Source: Diadema antillarum (lineage: Eukaryota). Taken from it: a stretch of DNA of 64,000 nucleotides. Below the pieces are notes generated by a model. That model saw only the letters and a program-made list of their open reading frames with translations, was not told the DNA's origin and made no database searches. Shown in pieces: positions 24,990 through 36,751 of the stretch (positions are counted from its first letter, which is position 1; every line of letters starts with the position of its first letter). The translations under genes and the position numbers were made by a program. Location of the stretch: the NCBI RefSeq assembly GCF_040938485.1, contig NW_027270965.1, positions 744,001-808,000 on the forward strand. The letters are read 5' to 3'.

Positions 24990-26715
24990 CATTTGCAGAC
25001 ATTGTAAACATCTGACATTTGTTTTAGCATCGTAAAGAGCCAAAAAAATTACCGTTATTTATTTCTGGTGGAAATTCAAGCAATCATTCAACATTTACAA
25101 GTATTTTAACACCTTCCGGAATGTAAAACCAAGCAACCGACATTCATTCTATCATCTTACGGACCTGAATATCATCCTTATTCATTTCCGAACGTGAAAG
25201 CAAACATCCGCTCTTTATTTTATCATCTAACTGAGCCGATTGATACCGTTTATAATTTCCAAATGTACAAGCAACAATCTGTTACTTATTTTAGCATCGT
25301 ACGGAGCAGAATATTACCGTTATTCATCTCCAAATTCAAAAGCAAACACCCGACATTTACTTTATGATCGAAGGAGCCGAATGTTACTCGTACTGCTGTC
25401 CACTTCCAAAAGTGAAATGAATCATCTGACATATTTCAGCATCGTACGGAGCCGAATGTTATACTGTTTTTCACATTCAAACGTCATCCGACATTACATT
25501 TACCATCAAACGCAACTGAATGTTATTGTTATTCATTTCGAAATGTTAAATTTATAGCAAATGTCTGATATTTATTTTAGCATCTTAATTATGGAGCAGA
25601 ATGTTACTGCTTGTCACTTCCGAACGTTCAAGCAATCATCTGACATTTATTTTGGCATCTTCCGAAGCCGAATGTTATTGAGCACTATTTACTTTCGAAC
25701 GTAAAAGCGAACATTCGGCATTTCATCGTCGTACGGAGCTGAATATCACTGTTATTCATTTCCGAACGTCAAAGGGATCATTCGACATATATTTTAGTAT
25801 CTTCCGGAGCTGAATGTTATTGCCATTTACTTTTGAACGTAAAAGCGAAGATCCAGCAATTATTTCATCATCGTACCGAGTTGAATACTATTGTTATTCA
25901 TTTCCGAACGCCAAAGCAAACATTCAACATTTATTTTAGCATCTTCCGGAGCTGATTGTTATTGCTATTTACTTTCGAACATAAAAGTAAACATCAGACA
26001 TTTATTTATCATCGGACGGAGTTGAATACTATTGTTATTCATTTCCGAACGTCAAAGCAAACATTAACTTCACCATCAAACGCATTTAAATGTTACTGTT
26101 ATTCATTTCGAAATTTAAAAGCAAACATCCGACAGTTACTTAGCATCGTATGGAGCAAAATATTACTGTTATTCACTTCCGAACGTAAAAACAATCATCT
26201 GACATTTATTTCAGCATCTTCTGGAGCCGAATGTTATTGCTATTCACTTTCGAAAGTAAATGCAAACATCCAACATTTATCTCGTCGTTGTACGAAGTTT
26301 ATTATCATTGTTATTCATTTCCGAACGCCAAAGGGATAATTCGACATTTACTTTAGCATATTCCAGAGCTAAATATTATTATTATTTACTTTCGAACGTA
26401 AAAGTAAACTTCCGGCATTTATTTTATCATCGTATACGGAGTTGAAATTCATTATCATTTATATCCGACCGTCAAAGCAAACATTCGACATTTATTTCAG
26501 CATCTTCCGGAGCCGTATTTTATCCCTATTCATTTCCGAACGCAAAATCAAATATCTGACATTAATTTCAGCACCGTACGGAGCTGAATCTTACCATTAT
26601 TCATTTCCAAAAGTATGAGCAAACATCCGACATTTATTTTTGTATAATACGGAGTCGAATATTACCGTTATTCATTTCCAAAATTAAGAGCAAACATCTG
26701 ACATTTAATCTAGCA
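24990..26715 (+). repeat. Diverged ~71-bp satellite with ~142-bp dimer periodicity
   Basis: GTTATTCATTTCCGAACG recurs at 25751, 25893 and 26034 with alternate monomers between; one more unit follows the insertion at about 27747-27810. Confidence 0.85.
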
Positions 26716-26721
26716 GCTTTA

Positions 26722-27746
26722 CAGGCCTCGAAATAGGATTTTGGAGGGGCAAGGCCATTTAGAAAAGGGCACTTTTTCCAAGAGGCCAGGGCACTTAAGT
26801 CAGTCAGAGGGGCACCAAGGCCACATTGGAAAGGGCATGTTTGGTGTTTATGAAAAAAGAAAGAAGAAAAACAAACCGAGAAAAACACACACACACACAC
26901 ACACACACACAAAGTGCAACACACAACAAAAACCTCTTCCCTACAGCTGTAACACATTCCCGATCTCCGCGTTTCTATCAGGTGAAACAATATTTTTTAA
27001 AACAGGAATAAAACAACAGTAGGTATTGATTGAAACTCGACACCCTTTCAGGCCAGCCAGGCCAGGCTGCCATGAAACTTCAAAGCACATTCCGACAGCT
27101 GGCTGGCAAAACCACAAGGCAAAGGAATTTGCGTGCGCGTGTAGATTGCTATGATTAGTCTGTGACAGACAGTTCATGACCTCCAAGAATGCGCCAGTAC
27201 GCGCGGTTTCTTCTGTTGATTGGTCTCTCTCTCTCTCTCTCTCCACCCCTGCCCTCCCCATTCCCCAGTCTGGCACCCCTTGGCATCGTGGGATTTTTCT
27301 TTTTTCTTGGTGAACTTGGAGTTCACTCTACTCTATCTGAATATGCGCTGCTATGCCTAGCTAGTACAGTACATACTCGCGGCCGCTGCGCTGCGGAGGC
27401 AGTCGGGACGGTAAAAGCCGGTCGGGCGTACATGTACGTACACGTCGTCTCGTATCTCGGAAAGATACTTTGAGTTTGAATCAGATACATCGGGACGCGA
27501 GTGAACTGAAGGTATGATATTTGAGATCAGGAAAGTTGTTCAAGCTTATTAAAGAGACTTTGAGAAAGGGCATATCATACGTCATAAATAATAACTTTCA
27601 TTCTAAAAGGGCACCACGGTCCCAAGAAAAAGGGCACATTTTTTTTTTTGGCCGTAACTTTGATTAAAAAACAAAAGGCATTGCGGCCAACGAGAGGGGC
27701 ACCGACGGCCATGGCCGTCGGTGGCCGTCGGTTAATTCGAGGCCTG
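26722..27746. mobile_element. hAT-like non-autonomous element inserted in the satellite
   Basis: TIRs CAGGCCTCGAA / TTCGAGGCCTG; subterminal GGGCA repeats; imperfect flanking duplication AGCTTTA/AGCTTAC. Confidence 0.7.
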
Positions 27747-28585
27747 AGCTTACGAAGCCGATAGTTACCGCTGTTCATTTTCAAAACTGAAGGCAAACAT
27801 CCGGCTTTTTTTGGTGGCCCGGCGTGCGTTTTTGGTGACGCCGGTCGCAAATAAACCATTCGCGAAATCGTGATTCGATTCGCGAAAAGACTCCGCTAAA
27901 TCGCTACACTCGGCAGGGGCTACGTCGTCCTTTCATCAGGTCTCGTTACAAAACCAAAATCTCGTGCGAGTTCTTGCGTTACCTATCGTTAATTTTAACG
28001 AAACATCGTTAATTTGCGTGAGGGATCGTTACTCATCGTTACTCATCGTTACTCATCGTTACTACAAACGTTAATTTTCCCGATCGTTACTTTGCGTTAC
28101 TAACGATTCAGGTGAAACCGCTTGCGTTAATGAAACGTTAATGTTGATTAACGCAAAGTTTCTTTTGGTATATATTGTAAGTACAATAGATCCCCAAAAT
28201 CTATTTTGAATGGAAAATTGTAACAAAAAAAAAGGAGGGGGGTGGGATGAATGAGATGAGAAAGTAGCTGTGAGCCTGTGCTACGTGACATAACATTACG
28301 TAACATTGATGCGATGTTGTGGAGGGATTCTACCTGGATACAAAAGCTCCAGATTTTGATTTACAAGTGTTGGTAGCTTTGGCACCATTTCAGAGGTGCC
28401 CATATGCTTTATATTTTTTCAGTACTATGATGTATATGTGTACATATGCATCTAGACAGTTCCTGTTTTGTCAATTCATTGTTCAGTGTAGTATTGGTGG
28501 TATTAAGTTATGAATTTTAAGTTTACTCACACTATGGTACCTTATCTATTTCGTGACGTCATCATTATGTCTCCCATGGAAACAG

Positions 28586-28685
28586 GATTCTGAAGAACCA
28601 CAAGACTTTGACCCCTCGGAGGCGGATCAGGATGTACATGTGACTGAGAGTACTGACAAGAAGAAAAGGCTCTTCACCAAAGAGT
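28586..28685 (+). CDS. TAF13: TAF13 exon 2 (DSEEPQ...KKKRLFTKE)
   Basis: cag|GAT acceptor; KKRLFTKE matches the TAF13 KRKRLFSKE motif; T|gtgagt phase-1 donor. Confidence 0.88.
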
Positions 28686-29232
28686 GTGAGTCAGATATCT
28701 GATGTGTTTCTTCTTTGGCAGAATGCATTCATATTTAGGAATTGTGAGATGACCTGTGATCAAAATACTCTCATTTAAATCAATTATTTCTTGAAACTGA
28801 ATGGAAACCCACTCTAAGTATCAATCACAATGAGTTCTCCATAAATGTATCTCTTCTTCCGCCCCCCATAGAAAAACAAACCGAAACAAAACAGCAATGT
28901 GCAAATTAACATTTCAGCTAGGTGTGAAGTACAGTTTAGAAATTTTCACTTAAAACAATCAAACTCAAAGGCAAATAACATGCGATTGAAATGCAAACAA
29001 TGTGGCAATGTCTCAGCTTTTAGTAGTTAGTTGGCGTTCAATTAATTTTCCCACAGATGTGGCTTTAATGATAGTCACACACCCTTATCTGGATGAAACA
29101 ATGCAATAATCTTGTTGATACATTGTGAAATATTAGGGATGAAAAGAATCAGTAAATCTTTTTTTTTCTTTTTTCTTTTTCATGGAGAGTTCCAGGACAC
29201 CCTTGTGGAGCTATGAACAAAGTAACCTTAAA

Positions 29233-30894
29233 GGGATTGTATAGTTTTGGTTGAGACCTAATTTCAGGTTTCTAACATTTTTGTCCCTGCCGAACGAGTT
29301 CGAGCAGGGGACTATGAAACGGGCTCCGTACGTGTGTGTGTCTGTGCGTCCGTCCGTGCGTCCGTCCGTGCGTCCGTCCGTGTGTGCGTCCGTGTGATCA
29401 AAATGTTCAATTTGCTACTTCTCTGTCATTTATGAGCCAATTTTGATTCTGTTTGCTTTATATGATAGCACTACATGGGAGCTTTAAAACTTCTACACAG
29501 AATTTCAGTTGTGACCTTTGACCTTGACCTTTGACCTATATTGTACATTTTGCAACAAAATGCTACTCCTTCGCCATTTCTAACCCGATTTCGATTCCGT
29601 TTGCTTTATGTGATGGCACTAGGTGAGGGCTTCAAAACTTCTACACAGAATTTTGACCTTTGACTTCTTTGACCTTTGACCTTGATTTTTGACCTATATT
29701 GTACATTTTGCTACAAAATGCTACTCCTTCGCCATTTCTAACCCGATTTCGATTCTGTTTGCTTTATATGATGGCACTAGTTGAGGGCTTCAAAACTTCT
29801 ACACAGAATTTCGACCTTAGACTTCTTTGACCTTTGACCTTGATTTTTGACCTATATTGTACATTTTGCTACAAAATGCTACTCCTTCGCCATTTCTAAC
29901 CCGATTTCGATTCCGTTTGCTTTATGTGATAGCACTAGGTGAGGGCTTCAAAACTTTTTCACAGAATTTTTACCTTTGTCTTCTTCGACCTTTGACCTTG
30001 ATTTTTGACCTATATTGTACATTTTGCTACAAAATGCTACTCCTTCGCCATTTCTAACCCGATTTCGATTCCGTTTGCTTTATATGATGGCACTAGTTGA
30101 GGGCTTCAAAACTTCTACACAGAATTTTGACCTTAGACTTCTTTGACCTTTGACCTTGATTTTTGACCTATATTGTACATTTTGCTACAAAATGCTACTC
30201 CTTCGCCATTTCTAACCCGATTTCGATTCCGTTTGCTTTATGTGATAGCACTAGGTGAGGGCTTCAAAACTTTTTCACAGAATTTTTACCTTTGTCTTCT
30301 TCGACCTTTGACCTTGATTTTTGACCTATATTGTACATTGGCTACAAAATGCTACTCCTTCGCCATTTCTAACCCAATTTCGATTCCATTTGCTTTATGT
30401 GATGGCACTAGGTGAGGGCTTCAAAACTTCTACACAGAATTTTGACCTTTGACTTCTTTGACCTTTGACCTTGATTTTTTACCTATATTGCACATTTTGC
30501 TACAAAATGCTACTTCCGGCGGGGACATATATTACGCACCGCGTAATTTCTACTTTTCCTTGTTTGGTGAGAAAATGAGAAACCTCTTATGAAATATGAC
30601 AGAGCATTTAATTCCACGAGGAACTCAACATTTATTTGATGAAAATTGGTTTTGAAATGGCTGAGATATCCAAAACAGAGCGATTCTAATAAAGTGTGGG
30701 ACCCATCTTTATTACGATCGCTTTGTTTTACTTTATTTTTGGATGTTTCAGTCATTCCAAACCCGATTTTCATCAAATCAAGTTTGAATTCCTCTTAAAA
30801 TGGTATGCTCTGTACTATTTCATAAGTGTTTTCTTGGTATCTCACAAAAAGTTAGAAGCCTAATTCTCATCTCCACCAACACTGTACCATCCCT
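29233..30894. mobile_element. Kolobok-like non-autonomous element with TTAA TSD, host of a HINE
   Basis: TTAA at 29229-29232 and 30895-30898; imperfect 25-bp TIRs AGGGATTGTATAGTTTTGGTTGAGA / TCTCCACCAACACTGTACCATCCCT. Confidence 0.75.
29280..30552 (+). mobile_element. Helentron-associated (HINE/pearl-like) element with 158-bp tandem array
   Basis: 5' subTIR TGTCCCTGCCG with nearby inverted copy, (GTCC)-type microsatellite, about 6-7 units of 158 bp (29711, 29869, 30027...), 3' CGGCGGGGACA, hairpin ATTACGC-ACC-GCGTAAT, T-rich flanks. Confidence 0.8.
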
Positions 30895-30971
30895 TTAAGG
30901 ATGCAGCAATCAGCATCTATATGAAAAAGACTATTTTACATTAAATGTCTCTTTCTTCCTTCCCTTGACAG

Positions 30972-31069
30972 TAAGGTGTATGATGTATGGCTTCGGAGAC
31001 GACCAGAATCCATATGCTGAAACAGTTGACTTACTGGAGGATCTGGTGCTGGAGTTTATCACTGAAATG
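30972..31069 (+). CDS. TAF13: TAF13 exon 3 (LRCMMYGFGDDQNPYAETVDLLEDLVLEFITEM)
   Basis: Near-identical to the TAF13 histone-fold segment; canonical splice sites with consistent phases. Confidence 0.97.
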
Positions 31070-31282
31070 GTAAGTGCAGAAAAAACAGCTTCTTGGTAAT
31101 TAATTCGAATAGTTGGAAGGAGAGAGAATCTACTGTGCTAATGTTGTTATTGTCTAGAATGACAAAAGAAAAATAAGACTGTTTGATAGACTGCATGTAC
31201 TTTATATTAACAGGTTTGACAGTAAGCTGGTTTATAGCTGTAACTCTCTCCTGAATATCTCCGTTTCCCTCCTTCTCCACAG

Positions 31283-31447
31283 ACCTTGAAGGCAACGGAG
31301 GTTGGCAGACAGGGCAGGGTTCAAGTTGAGGATATCATCTTCCTGATCAGGAAGGACCCCCGAAAGTACTCCCGCATCAAGCAGCTCCTCCTCATGAATG
31401 AGGAGTTGAAGAAGGCAAGGAAAGCCTTTGACGAAGCCAACTACTAG
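31283..31447 (+). CDS. TAF13: TAF13 last coding exon (TLKATEVGRQGRVQVEDIIFLIRKDPRK...KAFDEANY*)
   Basis: Polypyrimidine acceptor; matches the TAF13 C-terminus; TAG at 31445-31447. Confidence 0.97.
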   Translation, partial: TLKATEVGRQGRVQVEDIIFLIRKDPRKYSRIKQLLLMNEELKKARKAFDEANY

Positions 31448-31921
31448 CCCCCCAGGAGTGGGAGCAGGAGCCCTCTCTTGACTGGTAGGCAGGGTTCCTT
31501 GACCGGTGGGGACATTTGGCAGGAACCTGTGATTCTGACGACAAAGAGGAGTGGAGAGACAACAAACGGACATAATCCCTGTTTGGACCTTTTTCCAAAT
31601 GATAAACTCACTATTCACTCTCAAGTTTGCAACACGTGTTAAGTTTTGTGGAATTCTGAAATAAGTTTTGGATGTTCATTTTATGTGAAAGAGCTTCAAG
31701 TTATTCTGGTCTTCATGAGCAAGGACTCTGAAATTGCTGCACTGGTCGCTATCATTGTACAAGGTTGATGGAAGTTTTGGAGCACAATTTAATTTGTGTG
31801 TTTGGAGAGGAAAGAAAACAGTTTACTGAAGGGTAGAGCACTCATCTGACTCAAGGAGTTGGGGCTCAACTGAAAGTGCTGCATTGGTGATTGTTAACCT
31901 TTCGACCTCCAAACGATCACC

Positions 31922-32311
31922 ATGGGAGTTGGGAGGAAAGGAAAAACCCTCAGTGAAGGGCACCAGAGAATGAACTATCTGTACCAGGCCGCACACTGCG
32001 TGCTGACACAGAACCCCGAGAACTCGCAACTGGCGCGGTTCTACATTGAAACCATGAGGAGGGTGTCCGCCAAACTCGTCATGCGCCTGCAGCCAGACAT
32101 CAAGCGTACCGTGTGCAAAAAGTGCAGCGCCCTCCTAGTACCAGGTGTCACGGCCACGGTGAGGGTCAGAGGTCGCAGGCAGAGGCATGTGGTCGTACGC
32201 TGCCTGGATTGTGGAACGATCAAGCGGTTCAATTCCAATGACAAGCATGTGTTATGGGTAGAGAAACCCGAGGCTGCTGTCCAAGAAGGGAAACAAAGCA
32301 CTTCGTCATAG
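31922..32311 (+). CDS. RPP21: Ribonuclease P protein subunit p21 (Rpr2/Rpp21/Snm1 family), intronless, 129 aa
   Basis: RMNYLYQAAH, IKRTVCKKC and VVVRCLDC (two CxxC zinc pairs); strong start context accATGG; in-frame stop shortly upstream. Confidence 0.93.
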   Translation: MGVGRKGKTLSEGHQRMNYLYQAAHCVLTQNPENSQLARFYIETMRRVSAKLVMRLQPDIKRTVCKKCSALLVPGVTATVRVRGRRQRHVVVRCLDCGTIKRFNSNDKHVLWVEKPEAAVQEGKQSTSS

Positions 32312-32323
32312 TGTTTACCCTTA

Positions 32324-32756
32324 GGCTGCGTTCACATAGAAGTATACTATTCGGGTATTCGGGCTCGTTTTTCGAGGGCACGCGAATAGCTTGAATCGAA
32401 CAATAGGATTTCCTCACACCGGTTCACATAAGAGGGCACTATTCGAAAGTACCGAATACCTGCGAAAAGTATAGCAATGTGGGAATCGAGCTTGTTCGAT
32501 TTTCTTGCAGCGTATACCGTCTCTCGTTTATGAAATAATGACAATTTTGGTCTGAATTTGCCCGTTAGCAAAAATAAGCATGTAGACTGACATTCTGATG
32601 CAGTTTAGAAATTGTTAATAAGATTTGCTGCGATGTAGGAGGAAGAAATCCTCACTACATGGGATGGTGAGTTGACGGTGCGGGTGATGGTGTATTTGGT
32701 GCTCGAATAGCAAATAGCGAATAGCGAATACCGAATACATCTATGTGAACGCAGCC
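32324..32756. mobile_element. PIF/Harbinger MITE
   Basis: TIR GGCTGCGTTCACATAGA; TTA TSD at 32321-32323 and 32757-32759. Confidence 0.88.
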
Positions 32757-35700
32757 TTAGAGCATTGTTTTTAGGTGCTGTATAATTTTCTAGGAAACAT
32801 TTGTAGGAATTTGAATGTACTACAGTTGTAGTTTATATCTAGAGTTGTTTTCAGAGAGCAATACAATTTGATTCCAAGTTGTAGTTTATGTCAAGTATTT
32901 TGCCATCATTGCCTCGTTTTTGTTTTGTACATCACTGTGTTAATTTTTTTGTTCCAAAAGGTGCTAAATCCACAAAATCCAAAGAAATTTTCACTCTCTA
33001 GAAATCAGTGTAGACACATAGATTTTTCTGAGGCGCATTTTCTTTATTCCATCTTGGGACAAAAAGATATTGCATGAAAATACTTAAAAGCAAGTGAAAT
33101 TAAAATCCACGAGTGTTTTTTTTTCCCCTCACACTACCATCAAAGTGGATTTAGCACCTTTGGGAAAAGAACTCTTCAATTGAATACCATAGTTTTATAC
33201 AGAGCCAATGTTGGCAGTACTTGATCATTTGGATTGTGCCAGACTAGTACCAGTGTGTATAAATATCGGATAAACCCGATGTACTGTCTTTGCAGGAAGG
33301 TGGTCCCTGGTCTTAGGAGCCAACGCTTGTGATTTTTCAACTTTTGACATCTGTAGGATCTCTATCCATTTCTATTCATTTGTCAGAGACAGTTTGTTGT
33401 GGTTTTTTGTTTTGTTTTGTGTTTTTCTCTTGAGGTGACTGTCCAATCAGCTAGTAATAATTGTCCCTTACGTGAAATGACCAGGGAATTACACGCATGT
33501 GCTTATCTACTTGTTACATCAATTTATCATACCCTAACTAGGACGGGCTATTATATTAGGTAGATAATAGAGCCGGGGGGGGGGGGGGGGCTATCGCAAC
33601 GAAAATTGGCAGACACACTGCCTATGATGTAATCTAAAGTACCACGAAGTTAGATTTTAAAAAAATTATCATTTATGCTAAATTATGCTAATTTGTGCAT
33701 CATGATGCATGAAATCAGACAATTTGGTATAAATCACTAAATAAAGCTTAAAATGGGCACATTTTTTGTGTAAATATTCTTTTTAGTGTCTTGAGCAAAT
33801 ATAAGGACAAAAAATTGTGCCATCAGAAAAAAATTCTTAAGTATTTTATTGTTTTTTGAATTTCTCATGTATTTCTTTGTTTTTCGACTTTGTGTTTTCC
33901 ATTGTTTTTTCGGTGAAACTTGTCTGCGACATTGTTCCAAACAAGAAAATATGTTATTAATTGATTTCAATCAATAAAACCCCAAAATAATCATGCTTTT
34001 ATGAAATTTGCATGTAAGCACAGTTTGCATTGAAATTGTACACAAATTCACGTTTAAGAGCAATTTTTGATCTGATATGCACGTACATATTTATGCGCAA
34101 CTTCTGAACCGCGCGCCCGGGCATCGCAAATTTTGTGTCAAAAGATGCGGGAGACTTGAAAGAAAAAAGTCATGAAACGTCGCGGCGATAGCTTTTCGCG
34201 TTAGCGATATATCGCGCGGAACCTGGGGGGGGGCCTTGGAGCCCCCCCCCCCCCCCCCCCCCCCCCGGTTTCTCTGTTACACAGTGGAACAGTCAGGTTG
34301 GATATATAACAAGAAACCTAATATAATGAGGCAATCCTGCCGAGCTCATTTCTTTTAGATTCTTGGGTTTTATCCCTGATATACATGTAACAGTATACCC
34401 AAAGGATGAAAAAAAATGTAATTGGTCCTAAACTGGATGTTGTCATAACGTTCCAGTGTACACTGTATCACATTATCAGTTGTAAGTGTATATTTATAGG
34501 CAAGAGTCTCTTCTGACTGACAATTCAATGTAATGGCATTTCTTGAAGTCATATGACTACGCAAAAGCGTGTGCAGTTTCCCACCAAAATTGGAAAGGTA
34601 CTAAGTGAATTATTTTGCTGTTACTTCTGCAATGAACCGCCACTACTGTACATAATAAACTCTGCATGGAGTAAATACCATGGAAGCGTAGCCATAAATG
34701 ATCATTCTTAAAGGAAAGTTATGCAATTACATTGTTTCATATGCTTTTGCAAGAAAGTGATACAACCTTGTATTGGTTACAACCATAATTTCTACAATGT
34801 GAATTAGGCATGGTGATAATGTTATTGCCTCACAATTTTTTTGTTGTTGTCATCATTGTGCACATAAAAGAAAGTGTACATACAAGTATCATGTTTAACT
34901 TTGTAGTAAGATCTTTGCATCAACATTTATAAGCCATTGTAAATCATACATTTAACATAATATGATGGAAAGAGTACATATGTAATCTTTTCTTTTGTAT
35001 GTCATCTTAAAAAGGGGAATGTAGCAATTATTTGTCTGCAGGTTAATGGAAGACATGTGGTTCAATGACACCATCACATCATTTTATTTGCATATTTGCA
35101 ATGTATGTAATATCAACAGTATCAGTTTAGTGAAAATGCATGGAACTTCCAATTTCTTCTTAAACCGCTTTGTCTTTCGTGTCGAATTTCAATGAATGCC
35201 AAGCTTTCTGTTCAGTTGTACTCTACAAAACTGTAGTAACTCATCGAAATTTCTATGTGTTCAACCATTTAAAATGTTTGACGCTTTTGTGCTTTTTCGA
35301 ACCATTTCATGGGATGCTGTTACAATGACAACAGATTGTCATTGTCACTGTCTTTAATGCACCTTAACTGGCTTGTGTCTCAAGCAAAGTTGCCATTAGT
35401 CATAATCATTTTGTACGCACTTGACATTTTGTCAAGGAATATGAGTTTTTAAGGGTTTGAAATTGTATGTATGTACGTATGTATGTGCATACATACTGGG
35501 TTCAAATTGGGCCCATGATATGATATTGCAGCGAAGGTCACTTGGCGTCAAATGTGTAATGTTGTCAATGGGTGTCACAGCATTGTCGCCCGCTCTGCAC
35601 TTTCTTGATGTCGTTCAAATAAAAACGGTGTGATGTTATTTTCTGGTTATTTCTCCTTTTGAACATTGTGTCCGTTTTATGTGTAGAGTGCTTAAAGGAA

Positions 35701-35907
35701 AGTTTAAGAGTTGATATCCATAAGAGTACCATTCATCTGTTAACCTATTGCATACTGGAAATGGGTAAGCCCTGTACAAATTCTATGGAGATCTCAGAGT
35801 CTTGTAGGGAACAAGTTAAACCAACCAACATTTTGGTGCAGGGTGAATTTTGGGGAGTGATTGAGAACCCTGTGTGGTGTTTCTGAATGACTTGGTGGGT
35901 TACAAAT

Positions 35908-36625
35908 TACTGTAAAGTGGAAATTTTCGCAGTGTAGAAATTTTTGTGCATTTCGCGCAACCATAAACTCGCACAAAAATAAAAGCACGCAAATAATTTT
36001 GCATGCCTAATGTCCCAGTAGCTTATGTCCTGATTCTGCAGAATTAAAAACAGGCTAAATTCATCTTACCTGGCTGAGTGCAAAAATAACTTGCACAAAA
36101 ATATCCACTTTAATAGTACATCCATTCATTATGTTCTTGTCTTGACCTTAAATATGACCTGCATCAATGACATTATATGAAGTTTAGAGGGTACACACCG
36201 AGTAATGTCTGCAATTGAAGATCAATCAAACACATATTGGCAATGATATGATATTACAAGTTCACACATCATTATTTGTTCTGTAGCATGTACATAATAA
36301 TAATAATTGTCCCATGAAGTAAATTTCCAATTGTACTTGCAATCATTGGGAATGTTTTTCAATACAACCCCTGCATTGCGCCCCCCCCAAAAAAAAAAAT
36401 ACATATACATGTACTGTGAAAGTGGATATTTTTGTGTGACTAATTTTTCGCGCACGGCCGGTTAAGAATAGTTTTGCATGTTTGTAATTCTGTGGAATCA
36501 AGACATCAACTACTGGAACATACAGCAAGCAAAGATATTTGCATGTTTTTATTTTCGCGATAGTTTCTCCTTGAGTGAAATGCGCAAAAGTTTCAACACA
36601 GCAAAAATTTCCACTTCTACAGTAT
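35908..36625. mobile_element. Two related ~210-bp TA-flanked MITEs (about 35908-36119 and 36411-36625)
   Basis: TACTGT(A/G)AAGTGGA(A/T)ATTTT ... AAAAT(A/T)TCCACTT(T/C)(A)ACAGTA-type ends. Confidence 0.6.
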
Positions 36626-36751
36626 TCCATCGTCAATAAGAAAGAAAAAAAAAAAGCATTTTGTTCTCTTTTTTTTTTGCTCAGGGCAAATGGAAGGTGA
36701 GCGCACACACTACAAACAAAGAGTTGCTAATTTGTGCTTGATTGATCACTA

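Larger units (their letters stand above)
21603..28177. mobile_element. 6.6-kb composite TIR element with TA TSD in TAF13 intron 1
   Basis: ~30-bp TIRs CA(G/A)TATATACCAAAA(T/G)AAACTTTGCGTTAA; TA on both flanks; ATCGTTAC subterminal repeats at both ends; no transposase ORF seen. Confidence 0.75.

Noticed and set aside
29540-30500. 158-bp repeat array as a possible CRISPR array, and its repeated ORFs (MYILLQNATPSP...)
   Set aside because: Units are contiguous and near-identical with no unique spacers, the context is eukaryotic, and the ORFs simply reflect the repeat.
31232-31624. 130-aa minus-strand ORF
   Set aside because: Antisense shadow of TAF13 exon 4 and its UTR.
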